DNA of 64,000 nucleotides from Myxococcales bacterium (GTDB taxonomy: Bacteria; Myxococcota_A; Polyangia; Polyangiales; Polyangiaceae), in the NCBI GenBank assembly GCA_016703425.1, contig JADJCA010000011.1, forward strand, positions 250,050-314,049, written 5' to 3'. The notes below the pieces were generated by a model. It was given only the letters and a program-made list of their open reading frames with translations, was not told the DNA's origin and did not search any database. This document shows positions 61,644 through 64,000 of this stretch, one piece after another; position 1 is the first letter of the stretch, and each line of letters opens with the position of its first letter. A program made the position numbers and the translations under genes.

Positions 61644-62642
61644 TCAGCGCTTCAAGAGGGCGCGCAAGACGACGAGCGGGTTGAAGCCGAGGAGTGACTC
61701 GACCTCGTAGCTCCCTACGGCGGCGCCCACGCGCTCCTTCAGCAGACCGAAGGCCGGCTCGAAGAGACCGAAGCTGTCGAAGCGAGAGATCAACGCGCGT
61801 GCGTTTTCGGCGACGACGCGCGCGCCGTCGAAGCCGAGCGCTGCGGCGATGGCTGTGGGGAGCGGCGAGAGGATCACGTCGCGTACGGTAACGGCGCGGC
61901 TCCAGGCGCCGGGCCGCGGATCGACGGCCAGCTCGCGGAAGAAGTCGAACTCGGCGAAGCAACCGAGCGAAAGAGGTCCGTAGGTCTCTTCAACGGCGCG
62001 TACCAGGTAGCGCTGATCGCGACGAAAGTCGCCCGAGAGCAAACCCACCTGGGCGCGCAGATTGTCGGGGCCCGCGACGAGATCGAAGAGCGTGCCCTTC
62101 CGACGCAAGACGAGCGACGTGTAGAGATCCTCGTCTTTGAACATGCCGAGGCACATCACGTGGCCGTCGCGGCACAAGGTGTCGAGCGTGCGGTGGACCA
62201 TCGTCGCCGACGGAACGGGAACCCCCTTCAAGCGCTCGGGCCAACGCTCGATGATCCCGGCTTCCATGAGTTCGCGAACCACGGCGACGAGCTTGAGCGA
62301 CTGATCAAGGAAATCGTCACTTGCGCGGCATCGCGCGCCGAACCGCTCCATGAGCTCTTCGAGGCCGTGATGCTCGAGCCCCAGCGCCCAACTGCCGCTG
62401 TGCATCTCGCACAAGGCCTCGAGCGACGGCGCCGTCTCGCCAGCGACGAAAGGCGGCGGCTCGATGCGCCCCTTGCCGGTGTGAAGGAGTTTGCGAACGC
62501 GCCCGCCGTCGCGAATGGCGATGATGCCGCCCCTCGGCCGCGACGATTCGCGCTCCAGCGGCGCGCGCGGCTTGAAGAGGGCGAGCAGGCGACGCCAGTC
62601 TTCCGTGGTCCACCCCTCGAAGCGGACGTTCGCGGTCAGCAC
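61644..62642 (-). CDS. Hypothetical 332-aa protein, divergent from the candidate RiPP precursor gene
   Basis: Continuous ORF with GC3-rich codons and no recognisable motif. It shares a 240-bp intergenic region with the precursor-peptide gene. Confidence 0.4.
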   Translation of the reverse strand: MLTANVRFEGWTTEDWRRLLALFKPRAPLERESSRPRGGIIAIRDGGRVRKLLHTGKGRIEPPPFVAGETAPSLEALCEMHSGSWALGLEHHGLEELMERFGARCRASDDFLDQSLKLVAVVRELMEAGIIERWPERLKGVPVPSATMVHRTLDTLCRDGHVMCLGMFKDEDLYTSLVLRRKGTLFDLVAGPDNLRAQVGLLSGDFRRDQRYLVRAVEETYGPLSLGCFAEFDFFRELAVDPRPGAWSRAVTVRDVILSPLPTAIAAALGFDGARVVAENARALISRFDSFGLFEPAFGLLKERVGAAVGSYEVESLLGFNPLVVLRALLKR

Positions 62643-62741
62643 GGGTGCGAGTATGCGCCTAGTTTTGACGCGGCGGCAAAGGCGAGGCGCACTCCCGCAA
62701 TGGTTCTGAGGGGTTGCTCATGCCCGCGAGGACTGGCGCCG

Positions 62742-62761
62742 ACCAGTAGCCACCAGTAGCC
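62742..62761. repeat. Perfect 10-bp tandem direct repeat (ACCAGTAGCC x2) in the divergent intergenic region
   Basis: Read directly: gACCAGTAGCCACCAGTAGCCaaatgg. It lies about 125 nt upstream of the peptide start and about 100 nt upstream of the divergent gene. Confidence 0.8.
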
Positions 62762-62884
62762 AAATGGGCGACCGCGATGCGTCGACGCGCTTGCGCATGG
62801 TCATGCGATGCGAAAGCGGACGAAGGGAGGAGACGCTTGTCAGATTGGCCGAGGCTTGACTCGGCCGTCCCCAAGGAGAACGCC

Positions 62885-63001
62885 GTGAAGAAGAACTACA
62901 CGAAGCCCGTCATCGTCCAGCTCGGCAACGTTGCCAACATCAAGAGCAACTCAACTGGCCCGAGCAGCGACGGGAAGAAGTACGCCGGCTTCTTCAAGTG
63001 A
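62885..63001 (+). CDS. Candidate RiPP (lasso-peptide-like) precursor peptide, 38 aa
   Basis: AAGGAG Shine-Dalgarno 6 nt before GTG 62885. Product MKKNYTKPVIVQLGNVANIKSNSTGPSSDGKKYAGFFK. GC3 is about 92% despite a Lys/Asn-rich composition. The leader carries Y-x-x-P-x-I-x3-G, resembling the lasso YxxPxLxxxG recognition motif. The C-terminal STGPSSD...YAGFFK could form a Ser1-Asp7 macrolactam with a Tyr/Phe plug. Confidence 0.5.
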   Translation: MKKNYTKPVIVQLGNVANIKSNSTGPSSDGKKYAGFFK

Positions 63002-64000
63002 CCGAAGCGCGACGCGCGGACCCGGGCGGACGTTCGTCCCGGTCCGCGGCGCCGCGACTTCGCTTCACGGCGACTTGAAAGTCGCGCCACCAGACGAGGT
63101 AGCCGAGCAGCGTGAGCACGGCGCGCGTGGCGCTCGTTTGAACGCCAAAGGTGAGCTGCTCGAAGGACTCGGCGAGCCCCCTCCGATCGACCCAAGGCCC
63201 GTCGACCCAAGGTGCCGTCCCTTGATCGCGCAATGCGTCCGACGAGGCCATGAGGTCCACGAAGGCGGCGTGATTCTTCTTGAGGAAGTCGGAGCGGAAC
63301 GAATCGAAGACGAAGGTGTCGTGGGCGCGGTTGCGAAGCTCTTCCGGGACGATGCCCTCTTGCGCGACCCGGAGGAGCTCTTTGTATCGCCCTCGGAAGT
63401 CATGAACCAGGTGAACGCTGATCTCGCCGTAGACGTAGTCCATGAGCGGAAGGTCGCAATAGGGCGACTCCTCGCGGATCTGCTTCGGAGCCATGAAGGG
63501 CGCGTAGACCGCGGTGCTGGCGGCGAGGTACGCGAGGTCGTCGCAGACGATGCCATCGCCAATCAGTCGAGCGTCAGCCGCGAGGCGGAGGCTTTCGACG
63601 CGCTCGAGGCCCTCGGCCGAGGCCATTTCCCCGCCCCGCAGCCACGGTACCGTCGAGCGCACCTCCCAATCGGGATTCACGTCGCCCACGTAGAACGGAT
63701 TCAGGCGCCGGCCAGCGAAGGGGCGGACGAGCTTCCGATAACCCGAACGCGGCAACATCGAGAGCGCCGTTTGGAGCGCGAGGCTCGCCTCGGAACGTTG
63801 CGCGTAGCGCGCGAAGTCGCGGAGCACCGCGGCCCCTTCGCGCAAGAGCCCTTGCCGAAGCAGGTGCGGCACGACGCGCGGAGAACGCAAGAAGAGCTGA
63901 TCGGCGCCGAAGCCGTTGAACAGCGTCGACGCGGGCTGAAGCCGCGCGGCAGCGGCGCGGCCGAACATCTGACCGAACCAGAAGAAGTCGCTCGGCTCGT
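62994..64000 (-). CDS. Asparagine synthetase (AsnB)-like protein, C-terminal part (truncated by window end); candidate lasso cyclase (C protein)
   Basis: ORF runs to the window edge. FNGFGADQLF matches the AsnB synthetase-domain GADE(I/L)FGGY motif. The stop overlaps the peptide gene stop by 8 nt (convergent). Confidence 0.55.
   Translation of the reverse strand, partial: EPSDFFWFGQMFGRAAAARLQPASTLFNGFGADQLFLRSPRVVPHLLRQGLLREGAAVLRDFARYAQRSEASLALQTALSMLPRSGYRKLVRPFAGRRLNPFYVGDVNPDWEVRSTVPWLRGGEMASAEGLERVESLRLAADARLIGDGIVCDDLAYLAASTAVYAPFMAPKQIREESPYCDLPLMDYVYGEISVHLVHDFRGRYKELLRVAQEGIVPEELRNRAHDTFVFDSFRSDFLKKNHAAFVDLMASSDALRDQGTAPWVDGPWVDRRGLAESFEQLTFGVQTSATRAVLTLLGYLVWWRDFQVAVKRSRGAADRDERPPGSARRASVT

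Overview
This 64-kb window is about 70% GC and gene-dense, with long ORFs on both strands. Codon bias, many Ser/Thr kinases, PEGA and FGE-sulfatase-domain lipoproteins, and a fused ccoNO gene fit a Myxococcota-type chromosome. The high GC produces many long antisense ghost ORFs, which I discarded.

From 5' to 3' the window contains:
- two secreted or lipoprotein genes (a methyltransferase and a Kelch-repeat protein);
- a PAS histidine kinase and a hybrid histidine kinase, a metalloprotease-like lipoprotein, a Coq4-like protein, a zinc-ribbon membrane protein, an APC permease and a pseudokinase;
- a PhoB/PhoR-like two-component pair, then a P450 with a small DUF4177-like gene and an AraC regulator;
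- a complete cbb3 oxidase locus on the minus strand (ccoI, ccoS, fused ccoNO, ccoQ, ccoP, ccoG and a DsbD_2-like membrane protein);
- a beta-CASP RNase, a CheY-like receiver, a hemerythrin-like protein coupled to an APH/P-loop kinase, a CoA-transferase and a CBS protein;
- a housekeeping block: two Ser/Thr kinases, an FHA/sigma-54 activator, a lysozyme-like lipoprotein, an SGNH hydrolase, an S46 peptidase, an agmatinase-family enzyme and an L,D-transpeptidase.

Two candidate systems stand out. The first, at about 30.8-39.1 kb, is a glycine-rich protein of about 420 aa with a textbook double-glycine leader. It sits directly upstream of a TolC-like outer membrane factor, a CvaA/HlyD adaptor, a C39-peptidase ABC exporter (PCAT) with a long Q/A/P-rich tail and a (CAG)11 tract, and a second adaptor. 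A possible sigma-54 promoter lies upstream, and both the cargo and the exporter show apparent frameshifts. The locus is followed by a Ser/Thr kinase, a PEGA protein, tandem FGE-sulfatase lipoproteins and Cys-rich secreted proteins. The second candidate is at the 3' edge. A 38-aa peptide with a strong ribosome-binding site and a lasso-leader-like YxxPxI/LxxxG motif converges on a truncated asparagine-synthetase-like gene. This looks like a lasso-peptide (RiPP) locus.
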